From the sequence record MT118302.1: 32,000 nucleotides of DNA. The stretch is one strand, 5' to 3'. Made by a program: the position numbers and the translations under genes. Every line of letters begins with the position of its first letter. Positions within the stretch are counted from its first letter, which is position 1. Positions 1-8,279 of the stretch are shown in pieces. Under the pieces are notes generated by a model. The model ran no database searches, was not told the DNA's origin, and worked only from the letters and a program-made list of their open reading frames with translations. The DNA is from Pseudomonas phage Epa38.

Positions 1-18
1 CCGCTTCGTCCAGGTCTT

Positions 19-495
19 TCACAGCTGACCTCCGTGTAGTTCCCCGAGGCGCTGATTCAGCCACGCGACCTCCTTGGGCAGGAGCTGTTCCTGGTGGTCC
101 ACGAGGTAGCGCAGGCGGCGCAACTGTTCCTGGTTCTCGTTGGACAGCTTCGCCACGTTGCTTTCGAGGCGCTTCAGCTTCGCGGGTACGTCCTTGGCGA
201 GTTCCGCCATCAGCCGGCACTCCTCCCCGAAGGCGCGGAGGGCGTCCCGGGACGCGGCCACGGGGTCGATGTTGTCCCCGTAGTTGTTGCCCAGGTACTC
301 CGCGCAAGCGGCTCCCGCCGTCCCGATCAGCTGGAGGAGGTGCTGCTGGCTCGCGCACTGGCCCGGGTCGATGTCCGTGGAGGACTTCAAGCCGGGGCGC
401 TTCTGGCTGTACACGAGGACCGTCACTTGGTACTTGCGGGGGTCCTCCGGGTTGCGCCCGAGGCGGGCCTGGACGCCCTGGATGGTAGTGGTCAT
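19..495 (-). CDS. Hypothetical phage protein, coiled-coil-like C-terminus
   Basis: ORF with internal ATG (MTTTIQGVQ...) preceded by AAGGAGAACC; overlaps the upstream gene's stop region. Confidence 0.7.
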   Translation of the reverse strand: MTTTIQGVQARLGRNPEDPRKYQVTVLVYSQKRPGLKSSTDIDPGQCASQQHLLQLIGTAGAACAEYLGNNYGDNIDPVAASRDALRAFGEECRLMAELAKDVPAKLKRLESNVAKLSNENQEQLRRLRYLVDHQEQLLPKEVAWLNQRLGELHGGQL

Positions 496-1097
496 GCCGG
501 TTCTCCTTCGCACAGGGGGTTGGCTTTCCAGAAGGCGCGCAGCTCACGGCCCAGGTAGATGTTCACGCCGTCCTGGCCCTCGAAGAAGCCCCCGGCCCGG
601 AAGGTCGGCACCACGGCGTCCTGCGCCCCGGCGGCGATCCCGTCCGCGGATTGAGCCCAGTTCAGGGCTTGATCGGCGGAGTCGAAACCCTGCGCCGTGA
701 AGAAGCTGCCGGAGTCGCTGATGATGTAGAACTTGTCCAACTCCATTTCCAGACCGCTTCCGGGGTCCAGGAAGGTTTCCACGTGCTGCATCTTCCCGGT
801 CGGGCTCCGTCCCCAGGCGCGGTTGCGGTTCACGCTCATCTTGTAGTCCACCACGGTCTGGAGGTCCACGTTCAGCTTCTCCGCGACCTGGGCGAGCATG
901 ATGAACACGTCCGCGCACTCCTTCTGGAGTTCCTGGACCAACTCCTGGTCCATGTCCGCGACCGGGACGGCGGCGACGGTAGCGAGGCCCGCGACCAGCT
1001 CCGCCACCTCCACGTTCATCCGCGCGGCGACTTCCGCGGGGTGCTTCGGGCCGAAGGTGTCGTCAGCCCAGCGGGTGATTGATTCTTGGGTTTCCAT
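492..1097 (-). CDS. MazG-like nucleotide pyrophosphohydrolase-type protein
   Basis: Segment ELQKECADVFIMLAQVAEKLNVDLQTVVDYKMSVNRNRAWG resembles the E..DV...L..... K...N..R.W pattern of phage MazG-like proteins; GGAGAACC leader. Confidence 0.6.
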   Translation of the reverse strand: METQESITRWADDTFGPKHPAEVAARMNVEVAELVAGLATVAAVPVADMDQELVQELQKECADVFIMLAQVAEKLNVDLQTVVDYKMSVNRNRAWGRSPTGKMQHVETFLDPGSGLEMELDKFYIISDSGSFFTAQGFDSADQALNWAQSADGIAAGAQDAVVPTFRAGGFFEGQDGVNIYLGRELRAFWKANPLCEGEPA

Positions 1098-1099
1098 AT

Positions 1100-1369
1100 T
1101 CAGTTGGTTCTCCGAGGTTCACAAACAATAGTCTTGCCCAGGGGCCGCGACGGATCGCGGCGGCACTCCAGGCGCTCAAACCGGGACGGGTCCGGCTTTC
1201 CTGCCTCCGCCGGTACGGTGACGCGGACCGGCGGGGCGAGACGGGGCGAGAAGCTGCCGACCTGCGCCCGGCGGACCGTCTCCTGGGCAGAGTACAGGGG
1301 GCGATCCTCCGCTTGCGCCTGCGTGGCGAGCGGCAGCAGGACGGCCAGGGCGAGGGTCATCAGTCTCAT
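1100..1369 (-). CDS. Small hypothetical protein with predicted signal peptide
   Basis: Start MRLMTLALAVLLPLATQAQAED with AAGGAG ribosome-binding site; hydrophobic N-terminus ending AQA. Confidence 0.6.
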   Translation of the reverse strand: MRLMTLALAVLLPLATQAQAEDRPLYSAQETVRRAQVGSFSPRLAPPVRVTVPAEAGKPDPSRFERLECRRDPSRPLGKTIVCEPRRTN

Positions 1370-1403
1370 GATCGGGCTCCTTCGGTTCGGGGTCAGTGAA
1401 GAA

Positions 1404-1432
1404 AGTATAGTCACGGACCCCGAAGAAGTAAA
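1404..1432 (-). promoter_or_regulatory. Promoter-like element A (-35 TTTACT, 17 bp, -10 TATACT)
   Basis: Minus strand TTTACTtcttcggggtccgtgacTATACTttcttc, in the gap between ORF 1437..1778 and ORF 1100..1369. Confidence 0.75.
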
Positions 1433-1436
1433 GTGG

Positions 1437-1778
1437 TCAGTGCTTCGAGGCCGTCATGGACTGGAGGAGGTCGCCCAAGGAGGGGCGGGCGTCCTCCGCC
1501 TCGCGCTTGCTCAGGAAGGCGCAGCCGTGGTCATCCAGATAGCTCGCGTCCAGTTCCCACTCGCCCAACTCCTCCATCGGGAGGTCCGCGGCGTTCATGA
1601 GCACCGGCCAGGCCCGGCTCATCTGCTCCTGGGCGTCCCGCCCGAGTTCGTTCAGTCGCTCCTGAAACTCGCGTTCCAGCTCCGCCTTCTGGGCGTGGGC
1701 TTGTTGGTGGATGCCGTGGACGGCCCGGGCGGCGGTCAGGGCGTCTCCGGTGAGACGGATGGTGGTCTTGCGGCTCAT
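1437..1778 (-). CDS. Hypothetical protein
   Basis: 113 aa ORF MSRKTTIRLTGDALTAARAVHGIHQ... with GGAGAACC leader. Confidence 0.6.
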   Translation of the reverse strand: MSRKTTIRLTGDALTAARAVHGIHQQAHAQKAELEREFQERLNELGRDAQEQMSRAWPVLMNAADLPMEELGEWELDASYLDDHGCAFLSKREAEDARPSLGDLLQSMTASKH

Positions 1779-2953
1779 AGCGGTTCTCCGGTAATCTGTT
1801 CGCCCAAGGACACGATGGTGTCCATCAGGAAGTTCTGCATGGTGCGGGTTTCATCGTACAGCTGGTGGCGGAGGTGGATGAACTCCTCAATCAGCGTCCC
1901 GGCCAGCATCTTGGTCCCCATCATCAAGGTGCGCTTGCTGATGTAGATTTTGCCCTCGTGAGCCCGGCCCAGGACCTCCTCGCCCAGGAACTCGCTGACA
2001 ATGATCGGGTACTCCTGGACGGCGAAGCCCAGCCGCTCGCAGAAGCCCGCGGCCTTCTCCAGCCGGGTCCGTTCCAGCTCGCTCAGGCGCATCGGGGTCG
2101 CCTCCTCGTGGAGCTGGTCCATGATCCAGACCTGCGAAGCCTTCAGCGCGGAGCGGGACAGCGAGGAGTCGAAGCTGCGGGCGAGTTCGGAGACGGTCGC
2201 CAGGAAGGGCTTGGACGGCTCCACGCCCTCGAACTCCAGCGCATGCTCGAAGGTCGCCTTGGGCGCGGTGACGGCCTTCTTGATCAGGGGAGCCTGTTGG
2301 GACTCGCAGAGCCCGCGACGGACGGCGGCGCTGATGTCCCAGGACCACTTGATGGTCCGATCCTCCGTCAGGTCCACCTTCTTCTGGATGTTGTAGGTGA
2401 ACTGCGAGGGGTTGTCCAGCCGGTAGGCTCGCACGCCCCGGTAGTACACGAAGTGCGACGGACCGGGATGGATGTGGACGGCCTCGTGGCGCTCCAGCGG
2501 TTCGGAGGACAGGATGATGTCGGAGCGGGACGCCCAGACATCCAGGAACTTCTCGCCCCGGACCACAATCACGGTTTCGTCCGCGGCGACCTCCGGGACC
2601 TCATCGGCCTCGAACACCTCGCCGCGTTCGTCCATCGTGTTGCAATACAGCTCGCGGAAGGCTTGCCACACTTCCCAGGTCTTGCCGACCTCCGTGGTGA
2701 AGCCCAGACGGCGTTTGTTCATCGTGACCACGTTGAAGTCATCGACCCGGACGCGATCCCGCTTGATGCCGAACTCCAGCTTGCGCTTCCCAGCGTGAAT
2801 GGTGATGTCGCAGCCTTCGCGGAGGAGGATGGCGATGGCGTACTTGAGGCCGGTCCCGAAGAAGCCGATGGCCCCGGGGTTCTCCTTCGAGCTGACCCCG
2901 AAGGTGGTGATGGACTTGGGGTCAATGACGCCCTTGTTGCGGAAGATGATCAC
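1775..2953 (-). CDS. GHKL/HSP90-like ATPase-domain protein with a degenerate metallopeptidase-like C-terminal motif
   Basis: GTG start after AAAAGGAG; RNKGVIDPKSITTFGVSSKENPGAIGFFGTGLKYAIA resembles the Bergerat G-box region; C-terminal TLIEEFIHLRHQ. Confidence 0.6.
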   Translation of the reverse strand: MIIFRNKGVIDPKSITTFGVSSKENPGAIGFFGTGLKYAIAILLREGCDITIHAGKRKLEFGIKRDRVRVDDFNVVTMNKRRLGFTTEVGKTWEVWQAFRELYCNTMDERGEVFEADEVPEVAADETVIVVRGEKFLDVWASRSDIILSSEPLERHEAVHIHPGPSHFVYYRGVRAYRLDNPSQFTYNIQKKVDLTEDRTIKWSWDISAAVRRGLCESQQAPLIKKAVTAPKATFEHALEFEGVEPSKPFLATVSELARSFDSSLSRSALKASQVWIMDQLHEEATPMRLSELERTRLEKAAGFCERLGFAVQEYPIIVSEFLGEEVLGRAHEGKIYISKRTLMMGTKMLAGTLIEEFIHLRHQLYDETRTMQNFLMDTIVSLGEQITGEPL

Positions 2954-2991
2954 GTTGTGACTCCTTTTCTCAGGGTTGTTGAAACAGAATC

Positions 2992-3357
2992 TTACTCCAC
3001 CCACACTCGCTCATAGCGGTCCGGGAGGGCTCCACACGATCCGGGGGAGCCGTCCGCGTTCACCACGCGCACACACTCCCGGGTCAGGTAGCTGATATGA
3101 ACCTCCGGGCGGTCCAGATAGTCCGCAAAGACCCCCGCCAGGCCCCAGAGCAGCAGGACGGCGAAGGCGAGCGGAGCCACCCAGCGGGCGTGGTCACACA
3201 ACCTCGTCAGCGTCCCACGCATAGCCCCGAAGGCGATTGACTTCAAACTCGAATCGCAACGGGCTTCGCGCAGCAAGTCCTCGTGCGACTTCTTGCGGTT
3301 TTGCGCCGCGCGGGATTGGGTGCCCGTGTATGCGGCGGAAGGCTTCTTGTAGTTCAT
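2992..3357 (-). CDS. Hypothetical membrane protein
   Basis: ATG with strong AAAGGAG ribosome-binding site; hydrophobic segment WVAPLAFAVLLLWGLAGVFA. Confidence 0.6.
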   Translation of the reverse strand: MNYKKPSAAYTGTQSRAAQNRKKSHEDLLREARCDSSLKSIAFGAMRGTLTRLCDHARWVAPLAFAVLLLWGLAGVFADYLDRPEVHISYLTRECVRVVNADGSPGSCGALPDRYERVWVE

Positions 3358-3415
3358 GATGGGTCAGCTCCTTTCCAATCTCGAATCGCGGTGTCAGTAT
3401 CTGGGGTTGGTTCAT
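3194..3415 (-). CDS. Possible small protein overlapping 2992..3357 in another frame
   Basis: MNQPQILTPRFEIGKELTHHELQEAFRRI...; lies just downstream of promoter-like element B but its ribosome-binding site is weak. Confidence 0.3.
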   Translation of the reverse strand: MNQPQILTPRFEIGKELTHHELQEAFRRIHGHPIPRGAKPQEVARGLAARSPLRFEFEVNRLRGYAWDADEVV

Positions 3416-3434
3416 TTCTCAACTCGTGTGAAGA

Positions 3435-3463
3435 AGTATAGTGGGTCAGTCCGAAGAAGTAAA
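3435..3463 (-). promoter_or_regulatory. Promoter-like element B (-35 TTTACT, 17 bp, -10 TATACT)
   Basis: Minus strand TTTACTtcttcggactgacccacTATACTtcttcac in an intergenic gap. Confidence 0.8.
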
Positions 3464-3468
3464 GCGGT

Positions 3469-3684
3469 TCAGGTCAATTCCAGCGCACGGCGGATTTCCC
3501 GCCGGACCTGAAGGCGGGCGTTGAGGGCCGCGCGGTGGTCGGAGGAAGTCCGCGAGCACGTCACCATCAGGGGCTTCCCCCTCACGGTGAAGCGGACCTT
3601 GTAGTGTCTCCGGCCCAGCTCCACCGTGTAGGCGATCCCGGCCCCCTCCAGCTCCCGCTTCGTTGCTTCCAGCGTGTCGCTCAT
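3469..3684 (-). CDS. Small hypothetical protein
   Basis: 71 aa ORF MSDTLEATKRELEGAGIAYTVELGRRHYKVRFTVRGK... Confidence 0.55.
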   Translation of the reverse strand: MSDTLEATKRELEGAGIAYTVELGRRHYKVRFTVRGKPLMVTCSRTSSDHRAALNARLQVRREIRRALELT

Positions 3685-3694
3685 GGGGGCGTCC

Positions 3695-6106
3695 TCAGAA
3701 TGGCGGCTTGTCCGACTTCGGGCCGTCCTTCAGAGGCTCCTGGGTCGGTTCGACCTTGGGCCACTCGAACGGGCCGCCAAAGTTCTTGTCCCAGTGCGCC
3801 CGGACCTGCTCCAGCGGCGGGAGGTGGTACATGTACACGCGCTTCTTGATCATCACCTCGAAGCCGTGTTCATTGGTCCATGGAATCTCCGCCATTTCCT
3901 GCTTCGACTGCGGCCAGCCGTCCGGGAAGGCCCGGGCAAGCCACTTGCCGAAGCCGGTGCGGCTCATGCGGAAGTTCCGGCCCTGGTCGCGGAGGTCGTT
4001 CACGTAGTCGTCATACAAGCTGTCCTTCACCACCTTGTTCCGCCAGTCCTGGTCGGTCTTGAGCAACCGGCCCTCCCACAGCTTCTCATACATCCACTGG
4101 GTTTCCGGCGACATGCTCATGATCTTCTGGTCCTGCAGCGCCCGGGTCTGGGGGACCTGGCGAACCTCGAAGGCGCTCAGGTCATAGGTCAGGAGGAAGT
4201 GGAGCAGGTGCTCAAGTCCTCCGTTGTCCAGATCGTCCTTGATGCGCTTGAAATAGGCGTGGTCCTGCTTGTGGCCCTCGCCCACCTCCATGACGAAGAA
4301 CCGGCGTTCATCCAGACCCGCGGGCACCACCCAATCTTCGTTCGAGGCGAGGACCAGGTGAACATAGTTCGGGGCCGCTTCCGCATCCACGCCCTTGCCC
4401 TCGATCACCAGGTGTTCTTCGGTCACGAGGGTCTTGAGCACGCTTTCGTGCTTCTTGTCTCCGGCGAAGAAAGCCTCATCACCGAACAGCAGGACGGTAT
4501 CGCGGAGGTGGGCGTTGAAGGAGCCCACCAGGTGCTTCGAGTCGCTGACTTGGAGGTAGTGACGCCCGAACATCGCGCCCAGGACCTTGGCGAAGAAGGA
4601 CTTGCCGGTGCCGCGGCGACCGCGGAGGACCACGGCCACTTCGCCCGGGCCGTCCGGGTGCTGGACCATCCGCGCCATCCACCCGACCAGGTAGTGGTAG
4701 TGCTCCGGGTTCCCTGAGCAGACGTTGTCGCGGATGTGGTTCAGGAAGGGCATGTGCTTCTCGCCCGGGAGGGAGTCGCACGCGAACCCGCGCCAGAGGT
4801 TGTAGGCTTCTTCGACCTCCTGGCCGGGGGCAAACACGATGGTCTCATATTGGCGGCGCTGAGGGTGATCAATCCAGAAGGCTCCCGCGGCCTTCTCGAT
4901 GGGCTTGCCCTCCTCCGAGTGCCCAACCACTACCTTGATGTGGCGGTAGCGGTTGCGGAAGTCCTCGAAGGACTGCTTGCTGATTTTGGTCCGCTTCATC
5001 GCCGGGTCCCAGACCTCGCTGATGATGCGGCACTTCCCGCCGATGTCCGCGATGACGGCGTGCTTCTCGTTGAGCTTGCGCAGCCAGGGGTCCACCGCCT
5101 CCTCGTGGGCACGTTCGATCTGCCGCAGGGCGTAGCCTTCCCAGTTCGGCTTGTCTCTGACGCTCGCGGCGATTTCGTTGGAGCCAGTGATCACCGCAAA
5201 GATCATTTCATCAGGGACCTCCGCCCGCACGAGGTCGCAGCAGACCTTGAACAGGGCCTCCGACCGGGAGGGGTACTTGGTCGGGTCCAACGGGTCCTGC
5301 CCAGTAGCAATCAGCGCCAGCACGTGGTCGCTGATAGCCTTCCCGTGCTCATGGGCCCACTCCCGCAACTCCTCCGTTCCGATGTCCGGGACGTTGCCCG
5401 TGATCTTCACCTTCGGACGGCCCCCGGCCAGGCCCTGCTCCGCCATCTGGACTCGAACCGCGGGGGTGAATTGTTCGATGGGGTAGCTGGCCTCATTCCA
5501 CTCCACGAGACGGGCGAGGGTCGGCTGGCGACCCTTCTTGACCTTCTTCGCGGTGGGCATGTTGATCGTGCCCGGGAGGCGCATGATGCGGTCCACGTTG
5601 TGGCAGTGGTCCGCCTGAAACACCTTCTCCAGCTGGATGTTGTAGGCTTCCAGCTCCTGAGCCTTCGCCACCGATCCGGCGATGTCCAGCTTGTCGGACG
5701 GGTTCAGACGCCAAAAGCCCTGATAGCCCCCGCCCGAGTCGATGATGACCGTGGGCTTGGGCGTGTAGGACTGGAGCAGCTTCAGAGCCCGCGCCCGCTC
5801 CTCCTCGAAGTCCTCCCCGGCTCGCGGGTCGATGTCCACGTGAAGCCACGCGAGGCGGGCCATGTCCTCCTTCGAGGCTTTCACGTCCATCGCCCGGCGG
5901 ACCGGGTTCACGTGGAAGTACAGGTTGCGCTTGCCCTGGTGCCCTTCGATCCACTCCGCGGCCTTCTGCCAGCGGTCGGGCATGAAGGTGACTGTCTCCG
6001 TTTTCCCGTCCGGGATGATAGCCGTCAGGACCCACGGCCCCTCCGGGCACCACTTCTTCAGGAAGTCGATTGCGTCCTTGGTCTTGTGTTTCGGCAGTTC
6101 CGCCAT
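3695..6106 (-). CDS. Primase-helicase: archaeo-eukaryotic primase-like N-terminus plus SF3/DUF5906-like helicase domain
   Basis: LHVDIDPRAG...TVIIDSGGGYQGFWRL (primase-like); VVLRGRRGTGKSFFAKVLGAMFG Walker A; DTVLLFGDEAFFAGDKK Walker B-like; start MAELPK. Confidence 0.85.
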   Translation of the reverse strand: MAELPKHKTKDAIDFLKKWCPEGPWVLTAIIPDGKTETVTFMPDRWQKAAEWIEGHQGKRNLYFHVNPVRRAMDVKASKEDMARLAWLHVDIDPRAGEDFEEERARALKLLQSYTPKPTVIIDSGGGYQGFWRLNPSDKLDIAGSVAKAQELEAYNIQLEKVFQADHCHNVDRIMRLPGTINMPTAKKVKKGRQPTLARLVEWNEASYPIEQFTPAVRVQMAEQGLAGGRPKVKITGNVPDIGTEELREWAHEHGKAISDHVLALIATGQDPLDPTKYPSRSEALFKVCCDLVRAEVPDEMIFAVITGSNEIAASVRDKPNWEGYALRQIERAHEEAVDPWLRKLNEKHAVIADIGGKCRIISEVWDPAMKRTKISKQSFEDFRNRYRHIKVVVGHSEEGKPIEKAAGAFWIDHPQRRQYETIVFAPGQEVEEAYNLWRGFACDSLPGEKHMPFLNHIRDNVCSGNPEHYHYLVGWMARMVQHPDGPGEVAVVLRGRRGTGKSFFAKVLGAMFGRHYLQVSDSKHLVGSFNAHLRDTVLLFGDEAFFAGDKKHESVLKTLVTEEHLVIEGKGVDAEAAPNYVHLVLASNEDWVVPAGLDERRFFVMEVGEGHKQDHAYFKRIKDDLDNGGLEHLLHFLLTYDLSAFEVRQVPQTRALQDQKIMSMSPETQWMYEKLWEGRLLKTDQDWRNKVVKDSLYDDYVNDLRDQGRNFRMSRTGFGKWLARAFPDGWPQSKQEMAEIPWTNEHGFEVMIKKRVYMYHLPPLEQVRAHWDKNFGGPFEWPKVEPTQEPLKDGPKSDKPPF

Positions 6107-6108
6107 TG

Positions 6109-6612
6109 TTAATTCCCCCACCGCTTGCGATTCATCTCACCTGCCCGTTCCTTCATACCCGCGGCAATCTTCGCCCGGGCCTCCGGTGAACAGACAGTCC
6201 TTTCCCGGTAGCCGTCCTGCGCCATGCGTTGACGGCCCAATTCAGCTTGTCGCTGCTTCCGCTTCGGGTCGCCCTCCCAAGCCTTGCGCTGGGCCTGGGA
6301 CAGTATCTGGCGGACCTCCGGCGAAACCGAGTCAGGGACCTTCCCGCCCGCGGTGAGGTTGAAGCCTTGCGGATACATACTGGCGTGTTGCCCAATCCAG
6401 AAGATTTCCCGGGCGTTCAGGTTCTCCGGCTCCGCGACTTCGAGCAGCTGGAACTCCAGGGCCTCCGGTCCTTCGGTCGCAACGATTTCGCGCAGATAGC
6501 GGTTTGTGTCGCCCTTGCGGTGACGTTCCCAGCGTTCTTCCACGTTCCGGGCTTGCCCCACGTACTTCCGCCCGGAGGGTTTATGGTTGATCAAGTAGAT
6601 GCCGCAGGTCAT
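6109..6612 (-). CDS. GIY-YIG nuclease, free-standing homing-endonuclease-like
   Basis: MTCGIYLINHKPSGRKYVGQARNVEERWERH; C-terminal NUMOD-like RKAWEGDPKRKQRQAELGRQRM...SPEARAKIAAGMKERAGE repeats. Confidence 0.85.
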   Translation of the reverse strand: MTCGIYLINHKPSGRKYVGQARNVEERWERHRKGDTNRYLREIVATEGPEALEFQLLEVAEPENLNAREIFWIGQHASMYPQGFNLTAGGKVPDSVSPEVRQILSQAQRKAWEGDPKRKQRQAELGRQRMAQDGYRERTVCSPEARAKIAAGMKERAGEMNRKRWGN

Positions 6613-6613
6613 G

Positions 6614-6940
6614 TCAAAACCCCCAGTATTCGCGCAGGCGCTCCACGGGGGCGTTCCCACTTTCCATTTGAATCAGCCAGAGGCGGGTACAGCCCAAGGC
6701 GGCGGCGACCTCGCGCTGTGTTTTGCCCGCCCGGCGGCGGAGCAGGAAGCAGACCTCATGGGGCTTCAACTCGCCCAGGTGACGGCGCGGTTGGTCGTCC
6801 AGGCGGCGGTCCGCTTCCCAGTCGCGGTACTTGTCCACATGGACATCATACTCCTTCGCGGCTTCGATCTGGTTCAGGTTCTTGCGGCGGCGGTGTAGCA
6901 GCAGGCTTTCGCCCTTGGTTGGCGTCAGTATAGCAGACAT
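6614..6940 (-). CDS. HTH (Cro/C1-like) regulator, possibly two HTH segments
   Basis: LLLHRRRKNLNQIEAAKEYDVHVDKYRDWE and CFLLRRRAGKTQREVAAALGCTRLWLIQMESG; GAGGAG ribosome-binding site. Confidence 0.75.
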   Translation of the reverse strand: MSAILTPTKGESLLLHRRRKNLNQIEAAKEYDVHVDKYRDWEADRRLDDQPRRHLGELKPHEVCFLLRRRAGKTQREVAAALGCTRLWLIQMESGNAPVERLREYWGF

Positions 6941-7323
6941 TTACAAATCTCCTCAGTTCTTGGGAGGCGTGTCCATCGTGCGGCGCACACCTCATACAGG
7001 CGTTCTCGCGGAACCCGGCCCAGCATAGCAGCGGCCACCGCTCCATCGAATAGCAACCACTCCGTCTCCCCGACCTTCAGCAGGAGGAAGGCCCGGCCCC
7101 CGGCCCTGCGGCGACGGGTCAGCCAGGTCCTCTGCTGGCGGGTGAAGTGGTCCACTCGAAGCGGTCCGCCCCTGGGCGGCCAGCGTTCAGCGAACTTCAA
7201 TTCAATCCAGCCCTGGTTGTAGTTCACATCCGGGGTCCCGGGCACAATGGGGTTCTCCACGCGTACCGGGTCCAGCGACCGGATGACGGGGCGGAGGGAG
7301 TCCCACATTGCGGCTTCAGACAT
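6925..7323 (-). CDS. PD-(D/E)XK nuclease, VRR-NUC/Holliday-junction-resolvase-like
   Basis: RVENPIVPGTPDVNYNQGWIELKFAERWP...QQRTWLTRRRRAGGRAFLLLKVGE matches the E..GTPDV...W.E.K...Q..w motif layout. Confidence 0.75.
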   Translation of the reverse strand: MSEAAMWDSLRPVIRSLDPVRVENPIVPGTPDVNYNQGWIELKFAERWPPRGGPLRVDHFTRQQRTWLTRRRRAGGRAFLLLKVGETEWLLFDGAVAAAMLGRVPRERLYEVCAARWTRLPRTEEICKCLLY

Positions 7324-7777
7324 CTACCCACCTCACTTCGATGTTGTAGCGGCGGGCGACTTCCAAAGCCTCATCAATGCGTCGATTCCACTCAGCAACC
7401 CACCCCGGATCGCGGCCCGAGTAGTCGATGCCCGGGAAGGCGACCCGCTTCACGCCCGCCTTCCCCGCGGCCTCCATACAGTTCGGACAGCAGGGGAAAG
7501 AAGTATAGAGCGTGAAGCCAGTCGCAGGCGAGCCTAAAAAGTTGAGCGCATTGACCTCTGCGTGAACAACGTGCTGGTATTTGTACCCGCGGTCAGCGTA
7601 CAACTCCGGCGAGTCATCGTGCCCGGGCGGGAAGCCGTTGAACCCGGTCGAAGCCACGCTGTTGTTGGGCCGAACCAGGACGGCTCCGACCTTCGTGGAA
7701 GGGTCCTTGCTCCAGCCCGCGACGTGTTGGGCCAGCCCAACATAGCGGCGGTCCCAGCGGTCTTGACGTTCGCTCAT
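7316..7777 (-). CDS. Deoxycytidylate (dCMP) deaminase
   Basis: SKDPSTKVGAVLV...HAEVNALNF...SFPCCPNCMEAAGKAGVKRV zinc-dependent deaminase motifs. Confidence 0.9.
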   Translation of the reverse strand: MSERQDRWDRRYVGLAQHVAGWSKDPSTKVGAVLVRPNNSVASTGFNGFPPGHDDSPELYADRGYKYQHVVHAEVNALNFLGSPATGFTLYTSFPCCPNCMEAAGKAGVKRVAFPGIDYSGRDPGWVAEWNRRIDEALEVARRYNIEVRWVDV

Positions 7778-7968
7778 TTCACCTCCTCCTTCAGCAAAAC
7801 CTTCTGGGCGACGTTCCCGAGGAAGTAACCGCCCAGCAGGAGCCAGGTCAAGGACTCGAAGGCGTCCACCGGCAACTTGCCCATGTACAGGAGCCAGACC
7901 AGGACCGCCTCCCAGATCATCGCCGCCCAGAACTTCCGGGAGGTCCAGCGCACGGCGATGTCGTTCAT
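7774..7968 (-). CDS. Small hypothetical membrane protein
   Basis: MNDIAVRWTSRKFWAAMIWEAVLVWLLYMGKLPVDAFESLTWLLLGGYFLGN; two hydrophobic stretches. Confidence 0.55.
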   Translation of the reverse strand: MNDIAVRWTSRKFWAAMIWEAVLVWLLYMGKLPVDAFESLTWLLLGGYFLGNVAQKVLLKEEVK

Positions 7969-8279
7969 ATCAGCCCCTTCTCGTTGGCGATCCATTCGGT
8001 GACCGTCAGGGTCGCTGTGCGGCCCTTCTTCTCGACCGCGCGGACCTGTGACTTGGGCATCCAGACTTCCTCCTCACCGCCGTGGTCGATGAGGTATGCC
8101 TTGTCTGTCTCGCGCTTGATGACCACTTCGAGGTCCACGGTGTTGTCGTTGCTGCGGCGCATATCGTTCTCCAGGGGTTCGCCCCGGACTTCCTCCGGGG
8201 TCAGGCGGGTACACTTTGCGCAGCGTGCGTCCGCAAACAAGTAAGTGACCTGCGCGTCACATTGATAGCAGAACTTCAT
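7965..8279 (-). CDS. Small protein with N-terminal zinc-ribbon-like cysteines
   Basis: MKFCYQCDAQVTYLFADARCAKC: CxxC...CxxC; overlaps neighbouring genes by a few bases on both sides. Confidence 0.6.
   Translation of the reverse strand: MKFCYQCDAQVTYLFADARCAKCTRLTPEEVRGEPLENDMRRSNDNTVDLEVVIKRETDKAYLIDHGGEEEVWMPKSQVRAVEKKGRTATLTVTEWIANEKGLI

Noticed and set aside
4736-6112. 458 aa plus-strand ORF opposite the primase-helicase
   Set aside because: Antisense shadow; the primase/helicase motifs are on the minus strand.
6927-6932. TATACT box near the HTH regulator start
   Set aside because: No matching -35 element at 17 bp and it lies inside the coding start; insufficient to call a promoter.
7502-7507. 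Isolated TATACT box within the dCMP deaminase gene
   Set aside because: Encodes part of FTLYTSF and lacks a TTTACT element at 17 bp spacing.
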